Shown here one piece after another: positions 35,500 through 58,264 of a stretch of 64,000 nucleotides of DNA. This DNA is from the human T2T-CHM13v2.0 reference genome, Homo sapiens. Each line of letters opens with the position of its first letter. Position 1 is the stretch's first letter. The notes under the pieces are model-generated. The model did not search any database. It worked only from the letters and a program-made list of their open reading frames with translations, and had not been told where the DNA came from. Made by a program: the position numbers and the translations under genes. The stretch is from assembly GCF_009914755.1 (NCBI RefSeq), contig NC_060947.1, one strand, 5' to 3'.

Positions 35500-37549
35500 T
35501 AACTCCTGGGCTCAACCAATCCCCCTGCCTCAGCCTCCCAAAGGGCTGGGATTACAGGCATGAGTCACCATACCCAGCCTAGTTGCCTTTCTTGTGCTTT
35601 GTTATTCCTTCATGGAAAAGTAAATTGTACTATTTTCTTTCAGAATATTCAGGTAAGAACATCACAATTTAGACTTCAAAACTACACTCACTGTCAACAG
35701 TGGTATTTGTTCATGCTTGATTATGAAATATTGACCTTAGCAGCAAGGAAATTTTTAAAAATGGATTTCAGGACAGGCCGTGTGTACTAGTTATCAGCAT
35801 AGAGTAAAACTTTGCAACTCTATAAGCAGGTGATACAATGAGGCTTAATAAAGGCAGTGGATAGATGCACAAATTGAATGATGATTTGTTAAAAAGAATT
35901 GGTCTTACACAATTGTGAAAGGTGGTAACGCAGTCTCTATAAGGCTTTTATTGTCTCTACTGAGGATGGCGATGTAACAAATAGGCTGAAACCTACAAAG
36001 AGGATCTGGAACATTATGAGGGCAGATGGAGGTACATGTTCATTTTTGTTGCCTCTGATCTTAGTGATGAGGGCGTCCTGCAGTAGCCAGGAAAGGCTCT
36101 TTCAGAACCTAGCAGAGCTAAACATATACACCTGGCCCAGAAGATAGAGAAGGTGAAAGAGCATCCAGGGGAAGGAAGAGAAATTGCAGGTCTGGCTGCA
36201 GCTTCATACCAATAAGGTGAATCCAGAGAGCAGCAACAACGTGTGTAGCTACAAATGGCTGCTGCCTCCTATCCACTGCCCTGCACAATTTTTCAAAGAA
36301 CCTCCACGGGGAACACCAGATACTTCCCAGAAAGAGAACTGTGGCTAATATAATTCGGCCTAGCCAAGCTGACAAATTGCATGTTATACCCTTGTCACTT
36401 GAAAATACAAACTCTTCTCCAAAAGAGGGCACTAAAGCCCCACATTTTTCTTAAATCTTGTTCAATCTGCTGCTACCTAATTCACACTGTGCCTTTAATA
36501 TCCTGCATCTTAAATTCTGAAAAATAAAGTTAACTTAATAACACATCTTGTGGTAGATCAGGGGATGTCAGGAGGTCAAAACCAAAAATATTTAGTTTAT
36601 ATATATATTATAAAACATATATGTGACACATATAATATTAATATATATGCAAATGAATTCATATCAAAATAAGGAAGTGATACTCTTTATTCTGAAACAA
36701 ACACAGAAACAAGGACTTATGTTAGTGTTTGTATCTGCCTATGGTCATGTAGTCACTTTTCCCACTACCCATTTTATACTCCCTTTATCCTCATCAAGCA
36801 CCTTCCCTGGTGACAGACCTTTTCAGAGTGGGGTGACTCAAACCTCCAATCTTGAGGTTCACGGCCATAAGCAGTCCTGATTGAATTAGGCTGTTGTAGT
36901 TTTCATTGACTTTCATCACTGGACACAGGAGTACTAAGAGGTGCTCTATAGGCTCTCCTGAATTTTAGACATATCTCTCCTTAACCCCATGATGACTGAA
37001 AGGTTGTGCCTCAATCAACTTGCAGACTTGACTAGTTTATAGACCTAAAACCTCATGAATTAAGACAAGGCCTCTTGAGGAGGGACCTTTCTAAAATGAA
37101 AAAGTTTATACCACCACTCTTTCTCCCATTCTTACTCAAAGAAGGCCTGTAGCCCTTCACTAAGGTGAAAGTACATGCGGAAGAGAAATTATTAGATTTC
37201 TCAATGACTACAGGACCCCAGTTCTGAATTGACACGAATTTCTTGAAGACACAAACATCATGCTGATTCTTTCGAAAAATATGTGATTTATTACTGAGCC
37301 TTGGGTGACATTCAATGCTTGACCATGGACGCCAAATTATAATGCTACTTAGACATGCCTGTCTTATCCTAGGTGCTTTCTGACCCACCAAGTTACAGCA
37401 ATGGGTATGCATAGAAGCACACCATTATTAAATGGAAGTGGTATGTACAAGATCAAGCATGTCCTGAAGGCGAAAGTAAGTTCCATGATGAAGTGGCCAA
37501 AATACACATGGATCCTATTCCTGCCACACAACTTTCTCCATCTACGATT

Positions 37550-38145
37550 GGCAGGATACTAAAATGGTCCCCATGAATTTCACCCCCTGATTAAGTTACC
37601 TAGCATGACAAAAGCGATTTTGCAGATGTGAGTAAGGTTACTAACCTGTTAACCTAAATATAGAGGAATTCCTCAGGTGGGCCTAACCCACACACATGAG
37701 CCTTTAAAAGCAGAGTCTTTTCTCCAGCTGGTACCACAAGAGGATGAGACAGTTATGAAGAATGAGAAGAATTTGACATGCTGATGCTGGCTTGAAGATA
37801 GGGAAGGGACCTCGTGAAAAGATCTGGTAAGCCGCTTTATGAGTTGAGAGTGAGTCCCAGTTCACAGCCAGCCAGAATCAAGGATTTCAGTTCTGCATGG
37901 CAAGGAATTGGATTCTGCCATATATCCGGATGAATTTGGAATTGCATTCCACCCCAAACTTTTTAGATGAGAACACCGCTTGCATACAATTTTGATTTTG
38001 GCCTTTTGAGACTCCAAGTAGGGAACCAAGTCAAGACCTCCCAGATTTCTGAACTGCAGAACTGTGAGATAATAAATAATAATTCGGTGATGCTTTTAGC
38101 CATTTAATTTGGAGTTGTTTGTTACACGGCAATAAAACTAATATA
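37550..38145 (+). mobile_element. MLT1-type MaLR LTR in spacer
   Basis: TTTTGCAGATGTGAGTAAGGTT, GCTGGCTTGAAGAT and GAACTGTGAGATAATAAAT...GCAATAAAACTAATA motifs. Confidence 0.6.
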
Positions 38146-39299
38146 TTCTCTCAATCTGGACCTATATCCCTAAGGGGAGTACACTATAACCAGTTGAATG
38201 AAGAAGCAGTACCTCAGGGCTAGCTTACCAATAGAGGTGAATGATATGCAGGCACCACTTATATTAGTTTTCATACAGGAAAAAAGAAAGAGAATATAAA
38301 TTCCAATCTCATTTGTTGGATTTATATTTAGGTTAAAATGTAACATATAGGAGAAGACTACTGGAATCACGGAGGAAAGACCAGTGAAAATCCATGCTTT
38401 TATTTTTAAAAAGTGGCAAATATTGTCAACATAGAAATTATTGGAATTCTGGGAATTCAACAGTCCGAAGAATATTTATTCAAGAAAAATGGCTAAATCA
38501 CACTACAAACCATAAGCTTTGTGGTGATTTAACCTGTTCCACTCCCCCACTCCCCTCCTCTGCTCCATGTTAGCCTTTAAACTTACACCCTCACAACTCT
38601 GGTAGCTCTGAATATCAGCAAATTATCAGCCACTGCATGGAGCTACTGGTTGGAGCTCCCCTAAAATCTCTATTTCCAGACAATCACCACTATTAATACT
38701 AGTACTATTATTATGTTTGAGACAGGGTCTCACTCTATCTCCTATACTGGATGGCAGTGGAGCACTTATGGTTCACTGCAGCCTCGACCTCCTGGGTTCA
38801 AGCAATCCTCCTGCCTCAGCCTCCCAAGTAGCTGGAACTATAGGCATGAACCACCTAATCACCACTATTAAGCATGTCACCAAAACTCCCTGAGAAGCAC
38901 CATTCTCAGAGCTTGTGTTTAATTAAACTGTCTGATAGCTGGCTTTGTGTGAATACCCCACCCGCTATATTCAGGTGTAAGCTAGGAATTCCTGTAGGGC
39001 TGTGTTGCACAGAAGTGATGGCAGTGGGCAATTCTGTCCTGTTTTGGTTTTACAAGGAATGCATCTCATATTTCTCCCCTAGGAATAATGTGTGCAGTGG
39101 ATTTCTGATAGACCCACAGCTAGTATCATACTGAATGATAGAGACCTTTCTTAAATGCTTTTACATTTTTTCTCATGAATAGGTTATTGCATTTTTAACA
39201 TGATTTATGCTTTAAATGCGATGATAACATACTTCTTTTTTGTGCATTAATATAGTGTGCCATCCATGAACTTACTGGCGGTCAGGTACAAATTCACCC

Positions 39300-43460
<4,161 letters not shown>

Positions 43461-43480
43461 TTTCAGTGTCACATCTACTC

Positions 43481-44169
43481 TTTTTTTTATTATTATACTT
43501 TAAGTTTTAGGGTACATGTGCACAATGTGCAGGTTTGTTACATATGTATACATGTGACATGTTGGTGTGCTGCACTAGAAATATCATTTGACCCAGCCAT
43601 CCCATTACTGGGTATATACCCAAAGGATTATAAAACATGCTGCTATAAAGACACATGCACACGTATGTTTATTGCGGCACTATTCACAATAGCAAAGACT
43701 TGCAACCAACCCAAATGTCCAACAATGATAGACTGGATTAAGAAAATGTGGCACATATACACCATGGAATACTATGCAGCCATGAAAAATGATGAGTTCA
43801 TGTCCTTTGTAGGGACATGGATGAAGCTGGAAACCATCATTCTCAGCAAACTATTGCAAGGACAAAAAACCAAACACCGCATGTTCTCACTCATAGGTGG
43901 GAATTGAACAATGAGAACACATGGACACAGGGTGGGGAACATCACACACCAGGGCCTGTTGTGGTGTGTGGGGAGCGGGGAGGGGTAGCATTAGGAGATA
44001 TGCCTAATGCTAAATGACGAGTTAATGGGTGCAGCACACCAACATGGCACATGTATACATATGTAACAAACCTGCCCATTGTGCACATGTACCCTAAAAC
44101 TTAAAGTATAATAATAATAAAAATAAATTAAATTAAATTAAAAAATTAAAAATAAAAAAATAAAAAAAA
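43481..44169. mobile_element. Two L1PA 3' ends fused back-to-back (minus 43481-43575; plus 43574-44169)
   Basis: Poly-T plus about 90 bp of L1 3' terminus, then the ORF2 end, 3' UTR and A-rich tail on +. Confidence 0.85.
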
Positions 44170-45922
44170 CTTTTAAACAGCCAGTAAACATTGTTTCTGA
44201 TTCAGCTTATGTAGTGCAAGCCAAACAAAATATTGATTGTGCCTTAATTCGAAATGTGACTGAACAACTTAATTTTTTATTTCATTCTTTACAGCAAGCA
44301 GTACAACAAAGGCATTCACCTTTCTATATCACTCATATGAGAGCACATACTAACCTCCCTGGCCCTTTAACTAAACTTAATCAAAGGGAGGATGCATTGG
44401 TGTCTGCAGCTTTTGCTGATGCACAAACATTTCATTCTTTAACCCATCTTAATGCTGCTGAAAAAGATATGGTCTATAATGGAAACAAGCTAAAGAAATT
44501 GTGCAACACTCTTCTGCCTGCCAAGTCCTGCATTTGTCACATCAAGGAACAGGAGTTAACCCTAGAGATTTATCTCCAAATTCCATTTGGCAGATGGATG
44601 TAGCACATATTCCTGCTTTTGGAAAATTGTCCTTTGCTCATTTTTCAGTACATATCTATTCGTATTTTATCTGGCCCACATGTCAAACAGGGGAGGCTAC
44701 AGCTCATGTTAAAAGACATCTTTTATCTTGCTTTTCTGTTATGGGAATCCCAGAAAAAAATCACAGCTGATAACGGCCCCGGATACTGTAGCATTCTTTC
44801 AACAATGGAATATTGCCCATACTACAGGTATTCCATATAACTCACAAGGACAGGCAATAGTGGAAACAGCTAATCGTACTTTAAAAACTGAAATACAAAA
44901 GCAGAAGGCAGGAGACCAGGAATATAAAATACCACATATGCAATTGCATCTAGCTTTATTAACATTAATTTTTTTTTAATGTACAAAAAGATCAACCCAT
45001 AACTGCAGCAGTACAACACCTGACAGGACAAAAGGAAAATAAAAAGGCTGGAGAAGATATATGGTGGAGGGATGCACATACAAAGAACTGGGAAAAAAGG
45101 AAAGATAATTATATGGGGAAGAGGATTTGCTTGTATCTCTCCAGGTGACAATCAGGTGCCTGTGTGGGTGCCCACCAAACATCTGAAGATCTATCATGAG
45201 CCACAGCATCTAGTGTACCCACCTGTACAGTGTGAATTGAAGGTTTGAAAAGCCTCGATTTGCTTTCCCTGTGCCTTCTGTTAGAAGGGGCCTGTTTCTC
45301 ATTTTCAGTGGCCTCCCAGCTACAGCTACAAAGGTTTTTGCTTCTGTTTCAGTAGATTTACTAACATGGGGGTGAGGGTGTGCATGTGGATGCCCTCAAG
45401 ATGTGTACAACCATGGAACAGGAGACCGGAGGGACCCATGGATCCCAACCATGGACCAGGTTCCCCCAGTACGAGCCATGAGCCAGTTGAATCTGAATGT
45501 GAAGATGGAACGAAGACTGACCAGAGTCACGATGCTTAATGGACCAGTGCTTTCTGACTCAGCTCCTCTCTACCCTGAATACAAGAGACCCTAACAGTTA
45601 GGCAGGAATATCATTGCCCCTATTCAGCATGAAAAAGTTACAGAAGACGGACCTTCATCCTTCTGCAACCCCTAGAATTAAGGGTCCTCTTGTAAAAGGG
45701 AAAGGGGAGATATGTGGGAAGCATTCAAATCAGAGTGACTCCAGTTTGCATAAGGGCTAAGAAAAATGAAGCTGGATCACCAACTGGCAATTAAGGGCTG
45801 CACAACCTGCAATTGACTTGCAGAATTAAAAGAGGCCACCTTTTATGCTAGTAATAATGATAGCTAGTAATAATGATAGTAATAATGATACCATTTCTTT
45901 TACAATAAAGAGAAGCGGGGTA
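44170..45922 (+). mobile_element. Defective HERV-K (betaretrovirus-like, probably HML-6/HERVK3) internal remnant: RNase H-integrase, env largely absent
   Basis: Peptides [28 protein letters not shown] (RNase H), [11 protein letters not shown] (HHCC remnant), [23 protein letters not shown] and [16 protein letters not shown] (integrase core). Frameshifted. A polypurine tract at about 45907-45920 precedes the LTR. Confidence 0.85.
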
Positions 45923-46334
45923 TATTGGGAAAAAGCTGAGTGTTGGGAAAAAAACTGAGGCAGGGCTTGCATGTCTGACATAATGTCCTCAGGAATGTGT
46001 CTATACTTGCTTGCTCCTAGCTTCTAGCCTTCCTAGGCTCCTAGATCAATTCTATTCCCATTATCTCAAGTAGCAGAACATGTTCCATATAAATGGTAAA
46101 GTGTCACAGCTGTAGATCATGCACCTGCCTTTTTGACCCCCACATTCTCACCACCTGTCTCTTTGTTGGATTACCAATAAATAGTGTGGGCTCCCAGAGC
46201 TCAGGGCCTTCGCAGCCTCCACAATCATGATGGTCCCCTGGTCCCACTTTCCTTCTCAAACTTTTTCTCAATCCTTTGACTCTGCCAGACTTCATCGCCC
46301 CCATGACCTGGTGCTGGGTCTGATCACCCCAACA
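45923..46334 (+). mobile_element. 3' LTR of the HERV-K remnant (LTR3-like)
   Basis: About 410 bp directly after the PPT, running TATTGGGAAAAAGCTGAGTG...ACCCCAACA, with TATAAA and AATAAA inside. Family recognised from memory. Confidence 0.75.
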
Positions 46335-46425
46335 GTTTGCAGTAGTAAAATGAGCACTGGTAGTGCACAGTAAGAAATAGCAAAAGAATTATTCGAATTT
46401 ACACCTTTAGAGTCCTATAATTAAG

Positions 46426-47434
46426 TGTAGGGACCAGCCCCACAGGGTCGGTGGGTTTCTCCCCATGTGTGGAGACGAGAGAGTGTAGAAATAAAGACAC
46501 AAGACAAAGAGATAAAAGAAAAGGCAGCTGGGCCTGGGGGACCACTACTACCAAGACGCAGAGACCAGTAGTGGCCCCGAATGCCAGGCTGCACTGATAT
46601 TTCTTGGATACAAGACAAAGGGGCAAGATAAGGAGAGTCAGCCATCTCCAATGATAGGTAAGGCCATGTGGGTCACGTGTCCACTGGACAGGGGGCCCTT
46701 CCCTGCCTGGCAGCTGAGGCAGAGAGAGAGAGGAGACAGAGAGAGAGAGACAGCTTATGCCATTATTTTTGCTTATTAGAGACTTTTAGTACTTTCACTA
46801 ATTTTGCTACTACTATCTAAAAGGCAGAGCCAGGTGTACAGGATGGAACATGAAGGCAGACAAGGAGCGTGACCATTGAAGCACAGCATCACAGGGAGAC
46901 GGTTAGGCCTCCGGACAACTGTGGGCAAGCCTGACTAATGTCAGGCCCTCCACAAGAGGTGGAGGAGTAGAGTCTTCTCCAAACTCCCCCGGGGAAAGGG
47001 AGACTCCCCTTTCCCAGTCTGCTAAGTAGTGGTTGTTTTTCCTTGACACTTATGCTACCACTAGACCACGGTCCGCTTGGCAATGGGCGTTTTCCCAGAC
47101 ACTGGCGTTACCGCTAGACCAAGGAACACTCTGGTGGCCCTGTCCGGGCATAACAGAAGGCTCGCACTCTTGTCTTCTGGTCACTTCTCACTATGTCTCC
47201 TCAGCTCCTATCTCTGTATGGCCTGGTTTTTCCTAGGTTATGATTATAGAGTGAGGATTATTATAATATTGGAATAAAGAGTAATTGCTACAAACTAATG
47301 ATTAATGATATTCATATATAATAATATCTAAGATCTATATCTGGTATAACTATTCTTATTTTATATTTTATTCTACTGGAACTGCTCGTGTCCTCACTCT
47401 CTTGCCTCGGCACCTGGGTGGCTTGCCACCCACA
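46426..47434 (-). mobile_element. Solo LTR13-type LTR (HERV-K family) with 6-bp target-site duplication
   Basis: 1009 bp, TG...CA termini. The minus strand starts TGTGGGTGGCAAGCCACCCAGGTGCCGAGGCAAGAG (LTR13-like). Flanked by ATTAAG (46420-46425) and ATCAAG (47435-47440). The empty site ATGAAG is at 33564-33569 (-). Confidence 0.85.
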
Positions 47435-49036
47435 ATCAAGTGCCTATAAAAGACAAGTCCCTGGGTGACTAACTGTAAATTTTTTGTCTGGTCTCTAACT
47501 CCTGGGCTCCAGCAATACTCCTGCCTCAGCCTCCCAAAGTGCTGGAATTACAGGCATGAGCCACCGGCCCTGACCTGGTTGGCTTTCTTGTGCTTTGATA
47601 TCTTAGAATGGTTTGGTCAAAATAAGGAGTATTGAGTGGTTGATTTGTTGTTTCTAATGTACTGTAGAACATGAAGAAAGAAGTCGTTAAAGTTCTTGCT
47701 CAAGGTGTGAAGGAAGGACCTGATAACATCTATGACTGGCCTGAAAGAAACTGTCATCTCCTATAGCAACCAGGCCAAGATTTGGGAAAATGAAATCCAA
47801 AGTCTACTCCTGTCAGTGGCTGAATTACAACACAAATTGAATTCACAACCTCAAAAGGGTCTCTTCTGCTAATGTTAGGGCACTAATAGGGAGAAATCAG
47901 ATACTGAAAACTGGAATGGAAACGTATAGGTTTATGCCAATGAATCTGGGCACTTAGAACTGTGTTTTAGTCAGTTAGGGCTGCTATAATAAAATACCAT
48001 ATACTAGGTAGCTTACAAACAACAGAAATTGTATTTCTCACATTTCTAGAGGCTGTAAGTCTGAGATCAAGGTGCCAGCATGGTCAGGTTCTGGTGAGGG
48101 CCCTCTTCCATGTTGCCAGGGCACAGAGAGCTCTCTGGGGTCCCTTTTATATGGACAATATTCCCATTTATTAGGGCTCCACTTTCATGACCTTCCAATG
48201 GCTCCACCTCCTAATAACATCACAATAGGAGTTAGGATTTCAATAAATGAATGTGGCGGGGGACACAAACATTCGGTCCATTGCAAATCCCTAAATTCTC
48301 CGGGTGTCTTTGTCAATAGAAGCAGCCCTCCCACTCCTCCTGCCCGAGGTTCCCCTTTACCCGAAGAGCTGTGAGGGTCTCACCTGAGATCGTTGCCTTG
48401 AAGGGCACCGCTGCTCCTCCTCTGAAACTAACACCAGCACCCCTCATTGCTTCTTAACCTGCACTTAAATTCAAGTTCCTGCTGGCCAAAACAGTGAGTT
48501 AAACACTGAGCCCTGTCAAGAGGTGTGATAGTCACCGAAACAACTGTATGATTTTTCCAATATAGTAGTCTCTGGTAAATGTGTGAGAGTAGTTCTTAAG
48601 GCTGGGGTATGAAGGTGTACAAAATATAATATTGGATCTGGCTTCAAATATTTGTGTGCAAGTTTTGCTGTGGATATATGCTTGTATTTCTCTTGGATAT
48701 TTAGCTAGAAGTGGAATTTGCAGGTTGTTCAATAACTTTATTATCAATTCTGTGAAGAAATGCCAGACTATTTTTCAAAGATGCTGCATCATTTTACATT
48801 CCCAGCAGCAATGGTGGAGGGTTCCAATTTCTCCTCTATAACACTTGTTAATTACTTGTTAATATTCATCCCAGTGAGGTGAGGTAGTATCTCCTTGTGG
48901 ATTTGATTTCCATTTCCTTAATGTCTGAGGACATTGATGATCTATTCCTGTGTTTAAGGTTGTAGAAATGAGGTCCTGGTTTCTTTACTGGGTGACAGCC
49001 AGGGACTACTCTCAGCTCCTAGGCCCTCCAGCATAG

Positions 49037-49366
<330 letters not shown>

Positions 49367-49968
49367 TAAAAAAACAATTGTGTTTGGAGACAGGGGTTTC
49401 ACTATGCTGGCCAGGCTGGTCTCGAACTCCTGGACTCAAGTGGTCTGCCCACCTCACCCTCCCAAAGCACTGGGATTACAGGCGTGAAACACCACGCCCA
49501 TCTCTGTCTGCTTTTAAAGGACTCAATTGAGTGTGGCAGGCCCATCCACAGGGACACCTCAGGGATAACTGAGATATGGAGTTTATGCCATCTGCAAAAG
49601 CCCACCCCAGCCAGTCACTGCTGGAGTGGGCAGAGGCTGCTTGGCTGGGTCCTGCAGGCCCCTGGCCACTGATGGATGAGTGTGCCCAGGAGGCAAGTCC
49701 GCTGGCAGCACAGGGAACAAAGAGGGCTGGGGTGGGGCTCAGGCAGGGCTTCTCCCAGGACAGACCTGGATGCTGAACTGGGAGGACCGAGGTGACACTG
49801 AGCCCTGGCAGCTCCTAGTCTGATGAGCTGCAGCTGCCAGGCGAGGATGCGGAGCCCCGGCAGTGCAGGGCAGCTGAGAGCCTATGGGCAGGCACCCCAG
49901 GACCCAAGATGAGGGCAGCTGCCAGAGCCAGCTCCAACTGCTACAGTCCAAGGCCACCACTGTGAGGC

Positions 49969-51630
49969 TGTCCGGTTCTACCAATGTTCTCTCCTTTCAG
50001 CATTTGTTGGTACCCCAATGAGTTTCCCCGTAATAACCCCAGACATTGCCTCAGGTACCTGAAGAAGAATGCAGCTTTGAAGATGGGGTGCTTAATCCCA
50101 AGAATCCCCACCCATTTGGCCACATCAAATGACTTTGGTATTGTAATTTGCATTTTGTATGCGAAAGGTTCAAAATACTTCAGGGGTAGGCTGGTGTTCG
50201 ATTTTTGCTAGAGAACAACCACTACTTTACCCCAGACTTTTACCATGTCTTCAAAAAGATGTAGCTATCAGAGTGGCAAGAGTGCCCTGGGTGTGATGTT
50301 CTCTTTCCAGGGACTTACATTGCCAGCTGCAGTTTCTACAGCACTGCTGATGAAGTGCATATAAAAACTTGGAAAAGAAAGGAAACTAGTATACGGAAGA
50401 GGTATCTGCACTCCCATGTTTGTTGCAGCACCATTCACAATAGCTAAGATTTGGAAGCAACCTAAGTGTCCTCCAGCAGATGAATGGATAAAGAAAATGT
50501 GGTACATATACACAGTGAAGTACTATTCAGCCATAAAAAAGAATGAGATCTCATCATTTTCAACAACATGGGTGGAACTGGAGGTCATTATGTTAAGTGA
50601 AATAAGCCAGGCAAAGAAAGACAAACTTCACATGTTCTCACTCCTTTGTGGGAGCTAAAAATTAAAACCACCGAACTCATGGAGATAGAGAGTAGAAGGA
50701 TGGTTACCAGAGGCAGGGAAGAGTAGTGGGGGTGTCGGGGGAAGCGGGGATGGCTCGTGGGTACAAAAATATAGTTAGGTAGAATGAGTAAGATGTAGCA
50801 TTTGATAGCACAACAGGGTGACTAGAGTCAATAATTTATTATAAATTTTAAAATCACTAAAAGAGTATAATTGGATTGTTTGTAACACAAAGGAAGGATA
50901 AATGGTTGCGGTGATGGAGACTATTTACCCTGATGTGATTATTATACATTGTATGCCTTATCAAAATATCTCATGTAATCCATAAATATATACACCCACT
51001 AGGTACTGACAAAAATGAAAAATGAAAAAAGACCCTGGAAATCCACAGAGCATGATATGGGTCTAGCCTTCACCTGGGATGGCAATTAGACACTGATTGA
51101 ATGCACAGACATTTTCTCTTCTGATGGTGATTATAACTGGGACTGGACTCTTCAATATTTGTATCTTGGCTTCCAAAATTCTGGAAAGCACTAGTTCCTC
51201 AAGTTCCTAGGGTTATTCATTCTGGAGACTCTAGTATACTCTGCAAGAAAACCTGTAGGCCATCCACCGGAATGCCCAAATGGAGTCACTCTTAAATAAC
51301 AAGCCCTGCATGTTTCCAAAACCTCTAATTATCAGTGAAAAGTTTACTACGGCAGCCATTTCGCCACCCAGGGCAATTGGAGAATGGCAGATACTAGGGA
51401 CCATTAATTCTGTAAAAGCTGTAGAAGACTGCAGTAAAGAATCACAGTTACAGAACCAAAAGTGACAGTCTTCTATTTTGGATGTTTGTACAAAGAGGAT
51501 ATACAATTAATAAAGTGGTCGAGGAACAGTTTTCTGCTTTAACACCAAAAACTAACATAGAAACCTGTAAAGGTGTCCAAGTATAGTAATCCTTTTCATG
51601 TATATCTGGTTAAGATTTAAAACTGAAGCT
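49969..51630 (+). pseudogene. MGAT2P: MGAT2 (GlcNAc-transferase II) pseudogene, 5'-truncated, split by an L1 (right arm)
   Basis: Translations [109 protein letters not shown] and RRLQ* match recalled human MGAT2 (CPVLQVFFPFSIQLYPNEFPGSDPRDCPRDLPKNAALKLGC ... DFYHVFKKM ... WKSTEHNMGLAL ... DDYNWDWTLQYL ... RRLQ). Multiple stops and frameshifts. Confidence 0.88.
50376..51030 (+). mobile_element. L1MA-type 3' fragment inserted in MGAT2 pseudogene; mirror about 29975-30628(-)
   Basis: ORF2-end peptide [19 protein letters not shown] and an A-rich tail. MGAT2 codons TGGAAA (WK) occur on both sides as a degenerate TSD. Confidence 0.8.
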
Positions 51631-53326
51631 TTCTTTTTTAACCTTTTTAAAATTATAGATGCAAGACGGGTACATGTACAAGTTTCTCACTTGGATATAA
51701 TTGCATAATTCCGGGGTTTGGGCTTCTAGTGAACCCATCTCCCAAATAGTGAAGAGAGTATCCAATAGGTAGTTTTTCAACCCTCCAACCCGCTCCCTCC
51801 CTCCCCTCCACTTCCCTTTTGGAGTCCTCAGAGTCAATGGTTTCTACCTTTATGTTCATGTGTACCCATTGTTTAGCTCCCACATATGAATGAGAACACG
51901 CAGTATCTCATTTTCTGATTATCTGATTTTGTTTCTGCGTTTCACTTAAAAGTGAAGTTTTCGCTGGACACAGTGGTTCACGCCTGTAATCCCAGGATTT
52001 GGGAGGCAGAAGTGGGTGGATCGCTTGAGGTCAGGAGTTCCAGATAAGGCTGGCCAACATGGCGAAACCACAGCTCCACCAAAAATACAAAAAATAGCCG
52101 GGGCCTGGCGCGGTGGCTCGCGCTTGTAATCCCAGCACTTTGGGAGTCTGAGGTGGGCAGATCACTCGAGGTCAGGAGTTTGAGACTAGCCTAGCCAACA
52201 TGGTGAAACCCTGTCTCTACTAAGAAATGCAAACAACTAGCCAGGTGTGATAGTGTGTGCCTATAGTCCAGCTACACAGGAGGCTGAGGCAAGAGAATTG
52301 CTTGAACCCGGGAGGTGGAGGTGGCCGTGAGCCGAGATCGGACCATAAACTTAATCAAATTGTTGTTCCAACTGCAGCTGCTGTACTGCAGGTGGTTTTG
52401 TTGCATCGGCAACTGTGACATCCCTGGGAACCTGATATATAATCGTGATTAGGTGAATGTTTTGTTTTCTTTCAGTAGTTGTCATAAAGAAGAGTTTGGG
52501 TCCAGCTAGAAAGGACAGCAATGTACTATCATCTCCTCTTTCAACCTTATATCAACTCTCAAGGTTTATATCCTAAACGAGTCCTTAGGGACCATGACCA
52601 CCTTTCTCTTAAACCAGATGTAACACCATTCTTTGCACTGATGACATTATGCTGACTGCGCAGGAGGTAGCAACTAATCCAGACACATTAGCGACACACT
52701 TACAAGACATTATGTGAGAAATAATTCCCAAACAACGTCAGGGGTCTTCTACCTGAGGGAAACGTCTAACAACTTAGTAGTCTGGCATGTCAAGATGGTG
52801 GTTATAAGGTGAACAGCATGTTCTTACATCTTGCCTTTTTTACTACTAAATAAGGAACACAGAAACGAGTTCCATAATAGATGTTGTCTTAGTATATACC
52901 TCAATGTTGTGCAGTACTGTGACCCACTGACAGGTGCCTGAAACCCTGCTAGCATGGATTGGGGCCCAGAAAAAGAGAAGCTTCCTTAGTCCTGCACCTG
53001 CGGTCTCATGGGGAGTTCCCTGCGACCAGTTGATGAGAAAATAAAAAACATCATGCCTGATTTTCATTTGTTATTTCAGAATATGCCGGCACCACGTCTA
53101 TTAAGTTTGTTACTACTGCAAAAGAAATTATCCCCAATTTAGCAGCTTAAAACAACACAAATATATAAGCAGTTCTGTAGATCAGAAATCCATGCAGCCT
53201 AGATTGGTATCTCTGCTTAGGATCTCACAAATCAAAGGTAAGGTATCAACCAGGCTGCTGACTAACTGAGGACTCAGAGAGAAATTATTTTCAAGCTCAT
53301 TTGGGTTATTGGCAGGTCTAACTTCT

Positions 53327-57682
<4,356 letters not shown>

Positions 57683-58155
57683 AGTACCTGGAACAATTAA
57701 TATTTGTTGAATCAATGAATGAATTAATTTTAAAAAAAGCATAGAATGGGCTGGGTGCAGTGGCTCATGCCTGTAATCCTAGCACCTTGGGAGGCTGAGA
57801 TGGGCAGATCACTTGAGGCCAGGTTTCGAGACCAGCCTGGACAACATGGCAAAACCCCATCTCCACTAAAAATGCAAAAATTAGCAGCGTGATGGCACCT
57901 GTGGTGCACCTGTAATCCCAGCTACTTGGGAGGCTGAAGCACAAGGATCGCTTGAACTGGGGTGAGCTGGAGGTTGCAGTGACTTGTGATCGTGACACTG
58001 CACTCTAGCCTGGGCAACAGAGCAAGATTCTGTCTTAAAAAAATAAAATAAAAAGCATAGAATGTGCAAGTCATATCTGGAGACAACAGTCTTAAAGGGA
58101 CTGCTACTGAAGCTCCAAATTATTGTTATCAGGCCAATCCTATCTAGGAACTACC

Positions 58156-58264
58156 TTTATTATATATATTGGATATATATATAATTTATTATATATATTG
58201 GATATATATATAATTTATTATATATATTGGATATATATATAATTTATTATATATATTGGATATA
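58156..58264 (+). repeat. 29-bp minisatellite (TTTATTATATATATTGGATATATATATAA) x about 3.8, right arm only
   Basis: Units at 58156, 58185 and 58214, with a partial unit at 58243. Confidence 0.9.

Noticed and set aside
44214-44979. Functional retroviral integrase
   Set aside because: Split over three frames, with degenerate HHCC and catalytic regions.
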